Positions 29,282 to 38,389 of a stretch of DNA of 64,000 nucleotides are shown piece after piece. Positions within the stretch are counted from its first letter, which is position 1; each line of letters starts with the position of its first letter. The notes under the pieces were generated by a model. It did no database searches and had not been told where the DNA came from. It was given only the letters and a program-made list of their open reading frames with translations. A program made the position numbers and the translations under genes. This stretch comes from Candidatus Anderseniibacteriota bacterium (lineage in GTDB: Bacteria > Patescibacteriota > Andersenbacteria > UBA10190), in assembly GCA_021414205.1 (NCBI GenBank), contig JAIOOW010000002.1:18692-82691 (forward strand). Reading direction: 5' to 3'.

Positions 29282-30562
29282 TCAGGAATGCAGTATATCG
29301 CTCGAATGTTTGCCGATATATCCTTTGTGCCAAAAGAAGTACAGAAAAGCAAAGTAGAGAAATACGATTCCAAAAGAAAATGGCGCAGCAAATAGCCCGA
29401 TACTTGGCAAGAAATACCAAAGCAATCCAATAAAAATGGATCCTCCGATCACGCTTTGTGCTGCGATGAAGAAAAAGTATTTTGGACCAAAACTTAAGAA
29501 AACATTCACGTATACGGTGTACAGGAACGTTAAAGTTGCATACATACCCATCGCCATACCAAGAGGTATAGATAGCGGATATTGCTTACCAAATAATGAG
29601 AACAAAACGATGCAGACCAGTGTAAAAAATAAAAATAGGGGAACAATGCTAATAATCACAATTCGAGAAAGCTGCTTCATTAATGCTCTCCCGTCGCTTC
29701 GATGAGCAACTTCAGGAAATAGGACGTTCATAATAATATTACTCAACTGCATCGCAATCGACACAGATACGACCGCATAGGCGCTATAAATACCAAGTTG
29801 CACATGCCCAAGGCGATGCTCAACAACTATTTTATCTATGCTTAAAAAAAGAATTGTACCAACGGCTGAAAGAACTCCAAATTTACCATACGCCCAAGAT
29901 TGTATCCCTTGAGCAGTATTTATTTTTAAATGAGGCACTGTCCGCAAAATCGCAATGAGATACGATGCGATAGAGAAAAGAGCACCGCATGAAAGACTGA
30001 AAATAAGGTTTCCATATCCATGCTTATTAAATAACTCATATAGAATATAGAAGGCGCCCAATGATATCGCGGCATCCCCTACTTTAATAAGCGATTGGAA
30101 TCGAAACCCTCCCGTTGCACGGATAACAGAATCAAGACCAACTCGAACTGCAAGCAACGCCATAAATCCAATAGATATATCAAATAGAAAAACTGGGATT
30201 TGAAAAAAAGAACTTGCATATGAGCTTACGGCATACAATATCCCCGATGATGCGACAATAATGCCAAAGAGGAATAAAAACCCTGACAGCGCAGCCTCGC
30301 CAACATTATACGTTTTCTTTGCTAGTACAATGCTTCGGATGATCGCCACATCCATACCCTGAACCGGAAAAGAAAATATTTGCACAAGCGCCAACACAAG
30401 CCCATACGAAGCAAATTCTTTTGGCCCCAACACTCTCCCGCTAATAACATAGGTACTGATAGAGATAAGAGATGCTATGGCAAATCCAATAAATGAATAG
30501 GAAAGATTTGCTAAAAATGCCCGTATATTGCCGCTTAGTATGTCTTTGAAATATCGAATCAT
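29282..30562 (-). CDS. Wzx-like oligosaccharide flippase (MOP superfamily)
   Basis: About 12 TM, 'RVLGPKEFASY', 'IDKIVV...LGIYS'. Confidence 0.85.
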   Translation of the reverse strand: MIRYFKDILSGNIRAFLANLSYSFIGFAIASLISISTYVISGRVLGPKEFASYGLVLALVQIFSFPVQGMDVAIIRSIVLAKKTYNVGEAALSGFLFLFGIIVASSGILYAVSSYASSFFQIPVFLFDISIGFMALLAVRVGLDSVIRATGGFRFQSLIKVGDAAISLGAFYILYELFNKHGYGNLIFSLSCGALFSIASYLIAILRTVPHLKINTAQGIQSWAYGKFGVLSAVGTILFLSIDKIVVEHRLGHVQLGIYSAYAVVSVSIAMQLSNIIMNVLFPEVAHRSDGRALMKQLSRIVIISIVPLFLFFTLVCIVLFSLFGKQYPLSIPLGMAMGMYATLTFLYTVYVNVFLSFGPKYFFFIAAQSVIGGSIFIGLLWYFLPSIGLFAAPFSFGIVFLYFAFLYFFWHKGYIGKHSSDILHS

Positions 30563-30611
30563 CTATACGGATTATACTGAATATGCGCTATCCATGATAC
30601 AGTGCTAGGTT

Positions 30612-32774
30612 ATGAAAAAGATAGGTATCATCATACTACTGTCAGCATTATTTCTCTGGTTTGCCACTCCATGGTCTGCCAGTGTCGGTATTATTGCCCT
30701 GCTTAGCTTTATGTTTTTTAGCGTCACTGACTGGGAATCTCGCCCGAGATTATTCCAAGGGGTCGCCATAACTCTCGTCGCCCTCATTGGTCTTTATATA
30801 GTAGGGCCTCGAATTGCGCCGCAACCATGGTCAATTTGCTTTCAAAGAACTGTCGTGCCCGAAACCTTGAAAACACCATGCGAAACAAGCGCGCAGTTTC
30901 CTTATGGAGAAAAAACATTGACGGCAGATACGATTGCTTGGGACACAAATACCATTCCGACGTACTTCATGGATGATAAATTAGCGTTTAACTGGTATCT
31001 ACCGGCGGATCCCAATCGAGAGCACTTGCCTTATAACATGATTCTTGCAAGAACTATCCAGGGCGGTCCGCATCAGCACGTAGCAATTACTAGTTCGTTT
31101 GCAGGGCTCACTGCAACCAGTGACGGCGTCAACACAACTATTCAAAAAAACAAAGAAACGACGCTCTATTTTTCAGAACAGAAGATGTATCAACTACGCA
31201 TAAGCGGTGCTCATATTCGCGACGCATCGGATTCTCTGCACGTTTCTGGAATTAATAATTCATTTTTATATATCTTATTTCACGCAATAAAAAACATTGG
31301 ATACGCAATTTTGTGCCTCCTCATTATTCGTTGTGCGTACCTGCAAGTTATTCGTTTACCACATGAACAGCGATATATGGCAGTCGGTATTGCGGGAATT
31401 CTCGCAATACTCTACCTACTTCCAAGCGAACAATTCGGGGTGCTTGCACTCGCATTGTTTTTTGCGTGGTGCGGGAGAAGAAAAAACATGTTACTGCCTA
31501 TATTGCTATTTGCAATACTTATTGCGCTGTCGTTTGCTCGGTCGTTTATTCCGTATGAGCATGTATACATTAATTACGGAATCCCGTTTCTTACTATACT
31601 AGCAATAATCTGCTCGACATTTTTCAGACAACAAAAAATAAGCATAGTAGTTATTGCGTTATTGCTACTGAACAGCTTTATATTTATTTCGCATACGCAC
31701 CCGTATGGCAGCCTCGTACTATTTACAGGAGGCAATGACGAATTAACGCACGAAGGATTTGCCCGATTAGCCCTTACGGGGCAAACGTGGCGCGACAAGC
31801 TCATTGCGGGAGAAAACTATGCGTTCTACTATCAGCCACTGTATCGTTACATGCTAGCTGGCATGCATGCATTATGGGGAGAATCAATGTTTGGCCCATA
31901 TGTGGTGCAAACATTCCTCACAAGCATTGCATTTTTCACGACGCTTAGATTTTTACGCATATTCAACATTCGATACCTACCGGCACTATTTGCTGTTCTT
32001 TTCATTCTTACCAATTACGTCTACTACGTCTCGTTATTCACGTTGTCGCAAGGCGCATTTCAACAATCAATCGCATTGCCGTTGCTGATTATCTGCTGGA
32101 TTGCAACCCTGTCGATGATATATAAAAAACCCTCCGCTCAATTCGGAATACTGCTTGGCCTTGCATGGGGAGTAGTGTATGCAACGCGAACAGATTTTCT
32201 GCCGTCCCTTCCCATTGTATTTTGCATAACAGCCTACGCAACTTGGAAACAACGCATCCTGCCCTCTTGGATTCTTGGGCTGTCCATTGCGCCGATACTG
32301 GTTATTGCAAGAAATATCATCATCGCGCATCAGGCGGTCTTCATGCCTACATCAGGACTTATTAATCTAACGTCGGAATTTACTCCGCTATTTCCAAATA
32401 CAACAGCACAAGAACTGCAATCACTAGGATACGGAGATTTACTTAAGCACGTATATGCAACATATCACAACAACATAAGCGCGTTATGCATAGCAATTTG
32501 GCATAACCTCAGAGAAAAATTCATAGGAATTATCCCGCCAAGAATTGTACTATGGTACATATCTCCAGTAACTGTTGTATTAGCATTACTACTAAAGCCA
32601 AGTAAGCAGATTGCCGTAATTCTATTATTCGTATTACTTTTCTTTTTAATACTGATTCCCAATATATTTTTTGATCAGCATAACGGCGTTGCGATGTTTG
32701 GATTCTATGACTATATCTTGCTATTATTTTGCGCAATTGCAGGATCGAAATTACTCTATATACTAAAAATATGA
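30612..32774 (+). CDS. GT-C-like polytopic membrane protein with an N-terminal extracytoplasmic domain
   Basis: Loop 'GGNDELTHEGFAR', 'FYYQPLYRY', many TM segments. Confidence 0.65.
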   Translation: MKKIGIIILLSALFLWFATPWSASVGIIALLSFMFFSVTDWESRPRLFQGVAITLVALIGLYIVGPRIAPQPWSICFQRTVVPETLKTPCETSAQFPYGEKTLTADTIAWDTNTIPTYFMDDKLAFNWYLPADPNREHLPYNMILARTIQGGPHQHVAITSSFAGLTATSDGVNTTIQKNKETTLYFSEQKMYQLRISGAHIRDASDSLHVSGINNSFLYILFHAIKNIGYAILCLLIIRCAYLQVIRLPHEQRYMAVGIAGILAILYLLPSEQFGVLALALFFAWCGRRKNMLLPILLFAILIALSFARSFIPYEHVYINYGIPFLTILAIICSTFFRQQKISIVVIALLLLNSFIFISHTHPYGSLVLFTGGNDELTHEGFARLALTGQTWRDKLIAGENYAFYYQPLYRYMLAGMHALWGESMFGPYVVQTFLTSIAFFTTLRFLRIFNIRYLPALFAVLFILTNYVYYVSLFTLSQGAFQQSIALPLLIICWIATLSMIYKKPSAQFGILLGLAWGVVYATRTDFLPSLPIVFCITAYATWKQRILPSWILGLSIAPILVIARNIIIAHQAVFMPTSGLINLTSEFTPLFPNTTAQELQSLGYGDLLKHVYATYHNNISALCIAIWHNLREKFIGIIPPRIVLWYISPVTVVLALLLKPSKQIAVILLFVLLFFLILIPNIFFDQHNGVAMFGFYDYILLLFCAIAGSKLLYILKI

Positions 32775-33739
32775 ACGTACTTATTACAGGTGGCGCAGGA
32801 TTTATCGGATCGCATACGGCAAAAGCATTATTGCGACGAGGAGATAACGTGGTTTTATATGACGATTTTAATGACAGATATGATCCGCGCTTAAAAGAAG
32901 CTCGAGTTGCTCATATGTTTGAAGATGGGGATAAGCCCGTCTTAGTACGGGGAGATATTCTGGATCAAGAGCTGCTAGAACAAACGATCAAAGAACACAA
33001 CATAGATTCTGTTATCCACTTGGCTGCATGGGCATCTGTTCAACCCAGTATTGATAATCCGAGAATATATTCCGATGTAAACGTCACCGGAACCGTTTCA
33101 GTACTAGAAGCTTCTCGGAAAAACAATATTAAGAGACTAGTAGTCGCTTCAAGTTCTTCTGTATATGGCGGTATGACGGAAATGCCATTTCGAGAAGATA
33201 TGAACATTATGCACCCTATTTCTCCATACGCAGCCACAAAAGGCGCAACGGAGCTCATGTGCGCAACGTGGAATCATTTATATAATATCCCTACCACTTG
33301 CCTACGCTTTTTTACCGTGTATGGCCCTTGGGGTCGTCCAGAAATGGCAATCTTCTCTTTTACAAAAGATATCCTAGCCGGAAAAACAATTAAAATGCGT
33401 GGAAAAAATACATCTCGAGACTTTACCTATATAGACGATATCGTTTCAGGAGTAGTAGGCGCACTGGATAATGTACAAGGATACAACGTATATAACTTGG
33501 GCGAATCTGACGGCGTACCGCTCCCGAGAATGATCCAAGCTCTTGAATCAGCAATTGGCAAAAAGGCAACCATAGAAGAAGTTGAATTACCTACAGGAGA
33601 CATCCCTGCAACGCTTTCCGATATTTCGAGAGCAAAGAAAGATTTGTCATACAATCCAACTACAAGCATCGAAGAAGGCACGAAAAAATTCGTAGATTGG
33701 TATAGGGAGTGGTATGACCAAATCTTCGTTTCTCAGTAA
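32771..33739 (+). CDS. NAD-dependent epimerase (UDP-glucuronate 4-epimerase-like)
   Basis: 'TGGAGFIG', 'ASSSSVYG', 'SPYAATK', 'RFFTVYGPWGRPEMA'. Confidence 0.88.
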   Translation: MNVLITGGAGFIGSHTAKALLRRGDNVVLYDDFNDRYDPRLKEARVAHMFEDGDKPVLVRGDILDQELLEQTIKEHNIDSVIHLAAWASVQPSIDNPRIYSDVNVTGTVSVLEASRKNNIKRLVVASSSSVYGGMTEMPFREDMNIMHPISPYAATKGATELMCATWNHLYNIPTTCLRFFTVYGPWGRPEMAIFSFTKDILAGKTIKMRGKNTSRDFTYIDDIVSGVVGALDNVQGYNVYNLGESDGVPLPRMIQALESAIGKKATIEEVELPTGDIPATLSDISRAKKDLSYNPTTSIEEGTKKFVDWYREWYDQIFVSQ

Positions 33740-35087
33740 CTATTGGTCAGAAATACTGCTGTATACAATTGCTGTCGCATGTCTTGTTACGACAGCTGCT
33801 CAATACCCGCTATCAACTACGTTCCCGATTGGTGGCGATGCGGCAACCCATATTCGCACAGTTCAGCATATTTTTACTGATCCAATTTTCTCCCTACAAA
33901 AAATAGCAAATTCTTGGTACCCAGTTGCATACATATTATTTAGCATAAATGCCATTATCCCTCATGCAAACTGGCCGATCATTTTTTCTTGGTGGATGAC
34001 GCTCGGCCAAGTACTAACCGGCCTAGCACTTGGTCTTTTTGTATACAGACTATCTGGCCCCAAGGCATCCGCAATTGCAATCGCATTATGGGCCATGACT
34101 CCGATTACCATGACTTCTTTTTTTGAAGATGGGACAATGGCGCAATTATGGAGCTTGCCATGGGTCATTCTTTTCTTTGAACGAATGCTGGCAAAATCCT
34201 ACAAGGGCATGGCTCTCTTCGCTTTTCTTGCTCTCTTTTCGCACCCGATTACAGCACTGGTATTAATAGCTACACTCGCCGTATCTGCAATGATATTCGA
34301 TAAACGAGTTGCATTACTTGCGCTTGCTATCACTGCGATAGCAAGTATTGTAATTTATTTCAGGCAGGACATATTGCAAATTTCCAGCCACGAAGCATCG
34401 AAATATGTTCCGGAACTTCTTCACGGATTTTATCTGCCATGGGTGCTTGCGGCTTTATATGGTTGGTTTTGCATCATAAAATCGCACAAGCATCATGCAC
34501 TCCTTCTTACTACCCTTGGAAGCTTTTTCGCAGTAAGCCTCATGCTCGGCGCAAACGATCTTCTGGGTATTGGATTTTGGACGAATAGGCTCGATGCATA
34601 CATCGTCATATTTGTTGTTATCACTGGGGCAACAGGCGTAGCAGAAATCCTTAAAAATATACAGTCACCAATTCTTACAACATGCATTGCATCGCTATTA
34701 TGTACTGGGCTTACCATGTCGGCATTTCACGATAATCAAAATATTTATAAACGCTATGAATCGCCCAGTACCTATAGCCGCATTCATCCGCAAGAATTGG
34801 AATCCCTTGCGTGGATGAACAACAATCTCCCTTCAAATATAACACTATTCACTTCTGGAGAAACAAGGAATTACGAATGGATCCCTGTTCTTACGCACTT
34901 TAGGTGGGCACTTGAAAAAGCCGACGGCAGGACGTTACTCCAGCAAAGCTCTGGGGCGCAAAATCCGGTCGTAGTATTTTTCACAAGAAAAGATAACACC
35001 CCCGACGACGTGAGTAGTAATCAAGCGCAATACACACTCCTGTATAAGAACCCTAGCGTCCAAATATATAAAATCAATTCACTATGA
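33714..35087 (+). CDS. GT-C-like polytopic membrane protein
   Basis: Loop 'FPIGGDAATH', about 11 TM, C-terminal 'LAWMNNNLP' domain. Confidence 0.6.
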   Translation: MTKSSFLSNYWSEILLYTIAVACLVTTAAQYPLSTTFPIGGDAATHIRTVQHIFTDPIFSLQKIANSWYPVAYILFSINAIIPHANWPIIFSWWMTLGQVLTGLALGLFVYRLSGPKASAIAIALWAMTPITMTSFFEDGTMAQLWSLPWVILFFERMLAKSYKGMALFAFLALFSHPITALVLIATLAVSAMIFDKRVALLALAITAIASIVIYFRQDILQISSHEASKYVPELLHGFYLPWVLAALYGWFCIIKSHKHHALLLTTLGSFFAVSLMLGANDLLGIGFWTNRLDAYIVIFVVITGATGVAEILKNIQSPILTTCIASLLCTGLTMSAFHDNQNIYKRYESPSTYSRIHPQELESLAWMNNNLPSNITLFTSGETRNYEWIPVLTHFRWALEKADGRTLLQQSSGAQNPVVVFFTRKDNTPDDVSSNQAQYTLLYKNPSVQIYKINSL

Positions 35088-35425
35088 AGAAATTAGACGC
35101 CATGCACGCAGCAAGCGCATATAGCATGTTGATTGGGATCGTCTGCGCAGCATTACGGTTAAACATCTGGATAACCCTCATCGCATTTATAGCTGGATTC
35201 ATATGGGCGCTTCGACTGCTAGATATCCGAAAATACGCCCTTATATATTCGATATTCCTATTCGTGCCGATAGTAGCGCTATTTATACGCATTCCAATCC
35301 CAGCATTTCTGCCAGACCTTATCCGTCTTGCAATTACGTTTTTCTTTTGGATACTAATCCTGCTCCTATCCTCATACTTAGTATTGGGACATAAAAAATC
35401 AAAAGAGCAGCGCAGCCGTATATAA
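35084..35425 (+). CDS. Small hydrophobic membrane protein
   Basis: ATGA-coupled to the upstream gene, 3-4 TM; 3' end overlaps the opposite-strand gene by 92 nt. Confidence 0.5.
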   Translation: MKKLDAMHAASAYSMLIGIVCAALRLNIWITLIAFIAGFIWALRLLDIRKYALIYSIFLFVPIVALFIRIPIPAFLPDLIRLAITFFFWILILLLSSYLVLGHKKSKEQRSRI

Positions 35426-36026
35426 AGAGTAAGGAGAGAGACCCAAGAGGCTGGCGTTGAAAGTTTTCAATATATAGTTGCAGATTTGTTTTTTGTATAA
35501 TAATACTCATAGCCATATCCCCATCCTTTTCATTGCTGGCAATTCGATAATTGCCGTTTGGATAAACGCTATTTTGTGGCTCGGCGAAGAATGCTGGCGC
35601 ACGACCACTCTCTGTATACGGAATGCTCGACCCGTCCAACATGACCTCTATATGCCCAGAAAGTGTTGTAGGCACTATAAACGGTAACTGAGCCAATACC
35701 ACGCCACTATCGCTAGATGGTGCTTGATATTTCCACCAAGTAACAAGTTGCTTATTCTGATACAGCTTAATTAAAATTTGTTCAGAATTGCTGGGAACAT
35801 ACAAAGGAATCTCTATGCGGGTAATAGAAGTGGGCGTATCCCAACGCAATGTTTGCGTGGCAGTAAATTGGGCAAACACTAGGTGCGAAAGCCGCGGCAA
35901 CTGGGCTGCTTGAATGTTTAAAAAAATGACATCGTGAGATATGAAGGAGTATACAACTGCTGCCCATACTACAACACCCCAATACAAAACAGATAGTGAT
36001 CCAAATAACCAATATCGAATCTTCAT
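35334..36026 (-). CDS. Membrane-anchored protein with a free-standing extracytoplasmic beta-rich domain
   Basis: TM-domain-TM layout; 'ATQTLRW...ITRIEIPL...DGDMAMSI'. Confidence 0.7.
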   Translation of the reverse strand: MKIRYWLFGSLSVLYWGVVVWAAVVYSFISHDVIFLNIQAAQLPRLSHLVFAQFTATQTLRWDTPTSITRIEIPLYVPSNSEQILIKLYQNKQLVTWWKYQAPSSDSGVVLAQLPFIVPTTLSGHIEVMLDGSSIPYTESGRAPAFFAEPQNSVYPNGNYRIASNEKDGDMAMSIIIQKTNLQLYIENFQRQPLGSLSLLFIYGCAALLIFYVPILSMRIGAGLVSKRKT

Positions 36027-36044
36027 AATACGAGAAGAAAGAGC

Positions 36045-37316
36045 TTAGCGCTTTAACACTACGCGCCATCTATAAATAACAGCGCAAGCATACAAACTCC
36101 ATAGGCCATAACTCATGATAATGCCCCACAGCATGTACCTATGAAGAAGCGTCGCCAGAGCAGCTACGAATATAAGTCCGCCTACTGCGCTATGAAACGC
36201 CATATACCGGACGCCACTCACGCCATCGCTTGCGATAGCCCACCAATACATTCCGGTAAAAAATTGAATAACAGCAATGACGGCCATCCCGGCGCCGAAC
36301 CAAAACGACAGATAGTACGCATCCCCATATAAGGCCACCGCCGTATTCGTGATAAAAATACCAGCAATTAATAATGGCAAAGCTCCAACAATCGTCCCCT
36401 TGCGCATTCGTTTCCACATTTCTTCACTATCCCCCTCTTGCACTGCAACAGGGAAAAATACGTTAGCAATTAATCCGCCCAAGAACGTCATGACGGTAAT
36501 TGAAACCATATTATACGCGGCAAACTGTCCAAGAAATTGATTCCCGAGCTCGTATTTAATAATGAACTTGGCCGCAAACCCCAGTACGGTTGATAATACA
36601 AGCCAAATGATTGCGCGTGATCCATACGTCCACAATACCTGAAACGCGGAGTGCGAAATTTGCTTAAAGGACGCGTCAAATCGAATCCGTAGCGAATACC
36701 ACAGAATAAGACAGAATCCGCCAAGAAGCGTGGCAAGCATGTAATATGTATATGAGTGCAGCCCTGCGTACGCCATAAACGCAAATACGCCCAGCACCAT
36801 ACATTCCTCAATAACTTTTCCAACTGCCTGGTAACCGAATAGTCCTAATCCGCGCATCATTCCATCGAATAGTTGCTTAATAGCAAGCACTGTTGCGAAC
36901 GCCATAACAATCCCTTTCAAAAAAGGGAAAGGCAGAAGATACGAAACAAGGTTAGCCAATACGATAGTGATAATTAAAAATAAAATCGCGGAAGAAATAA
37001 TATAATTTTGACTCGACACATCTTCCCTCGTAAATGCAAGCGCGCGCACAATGGCAATCTCAAAACTCCACGTAATAAACAGTGCAATGAGTTGAGCTGT
37101 TGCTACTGCGAAACTATATTGCCCATATTGATCTGTTCCAAGAACACGACCGGCCCAAACTGAAACGGTAAACGAAATAATAGCAGCAACAACTCCCCCG
37201 ATCATCGACCAGTGCAATTGCTTCAAGAACTCAATTGTCTTTGGACCCATCGTTACGCCAAAAATCCTTTTATGTATGGAATCCAATATTCCCTCATACA
37301 GCGATAAAATCCCCAT
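36045..37316 (-). CDS. Wzx-like oligosaccharide flippase
   Basis: About 12 TM, 'GRVLGTDQYGQY'; resembles 29282-30562. Confidence 0.85.
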   Translation of the reverse strand: MGILSLYEGILDSIHKRIFGVTMGPKTIEFLKQLHWSMIGGVVAAIISFTVSVWAGRVLGTDQYGQYSFAVATAQLIALFITWSFEIAIVRALAFTREDVSSQNYIISSAILFLIITIVLANLVSYLLPFPFLKGIVMAFATVLAIKQLFDGMMRGLGLFGYQAVGKVIEECMVLGVFAFMAYAGLHSYTYYMLATLLGGFCLILWYSLRIRFDASFKQISHSAFQVLWTYGSRAIIWLVLSTVLGFAAKFIIKYELGNQFLGQFAAYNMVSITVMTFLGGLIANVFFPVAVQEGDSEEMWKRMRKGTIVGALPLLIAGIFITNTAVALYGDAYYLSFWFGAGMAVIAVIQFFTGMYWWAIASDGVSGVRYMAFHSAVGGLIFVAALATLLHRYMLWGIIMSYGLWSLYACAVIYRWRVVLKR

Positions 37317-37354
37317 GCTTTCATCATACTACATCTTGTGTATACTGCAGATAT

Positions 37355-38389
37355 ATGAAAATTCTTATTACAGGCGGAGCAGGGTTTTTGGGCATAAATC
37401 TAACGAGATACTTACTTGGCAAGGGCCATGAAGTAATTTCATACGATATTGCCGATTTCGATTATCCAGAAAAAAACAAAATTCAAGTTGTTACAAAAGA
37501 TATCAGAAATAAAGCTGATCTGGATGCAGCTATGTCCGGGGTAGATATTGTCGTCCATTGCGCTGCAGCGCTCCCGCTGTATTCCAAAGAGGACATTTAC
37601 TCAACGGACGTAGACGGCACGAGAAACGTATTAACTTCTGCATTCGAACATGGCGCACAACGCGTTGTACATATCTCTTCTACTGCAGTATACGGAATCC
37701 CAGATCATCATCCGCTCTATGAAACGGATACGCTTCAAGGAGTTGGCGCATACGGCGAAGCAAAAATATTAGCGGAACAAGAGTGTGAAAAATTCCGATC
37801 CCAAGGAAAATGCGTTTCCATTATCCGCCCAAAATCATTCGTAGGACCAGAACGACTCGGAGTATTCGCGCTGTTCTATGACTGGGCATTAACAGGCCAC
37901 AACTTCCCCATGATTGGCATGGGAAATAACAAATACCAGCTTCTTGATGTAGATGATTTGTGCGATGCAATCTACTTATGCATCACCCAAGAAGAATCCG
38001 TTGCAAACGATACATATAATATCGGAGCAAAAGAATATACGACTATGAAAGAAGATTACCAAGCAGTGTTAGACAAGGCTGGCCATGGCAAAAAGATTAT
38101 TGGCTTTCCCGCATCTCCTATGATTTGGACGCTTCGACTATTAGAGGCACTGCATATTTCGCCACTGTATAAATGGGTATACGAAACAGCCTCAGTAGAT
38201 TCGTTCGTATCTATTGAGAAGGCGGAAAAGCAATTAGGCTATGCTCCAAAATTCTCGAATAAGCAAGCCCTTGTTAAGAATTATGATTGGTATATTGCAC
38301 ACCTCGCTGATTTTCAAAATAAGAGCGGAGTATCGCATAGAGTCCCCTGGAAGCAAGGAATTCTTGGGATAGTAAAATATCTATTTTAG
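37355..38389 (+). CDS. NAD-dependent epimerase/dehydratase (extended SDR)
   Basis: 'TGGAGFLG', 'HISSTAVYG', 'YGEAK'. Confidence 0.88.
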   Translation: MKILITGGAGFLGINLTRYLLGKGHEVISYDIADFDYPEKNKIQVVTKDIRNKADLDAAMSGVDIVVHCAAALPLYSKEDIYSTDVDGTRNVLTSAFEHGAQRVVHISSTAVYGIPDHHPLYETDTLQGVGAYGEAKILAEQECEKFRSQGKCVSIIRPKSFVGPERLGVFALFYDWALTGHNFPMIGMGNNKYQLLDVDDLCDAIYLCITQEESVANDTYNIGAKEYTTMKEDYQAVLDKAGHGKKIIGFPASPMIWTLRLLEALHISPLYKWVYETASVDSFVSIEKAEKQLGYAPKFSNKQALVKNYDWYIAHLADFQNKSGVSHRVPWKQGILGIVKYLF

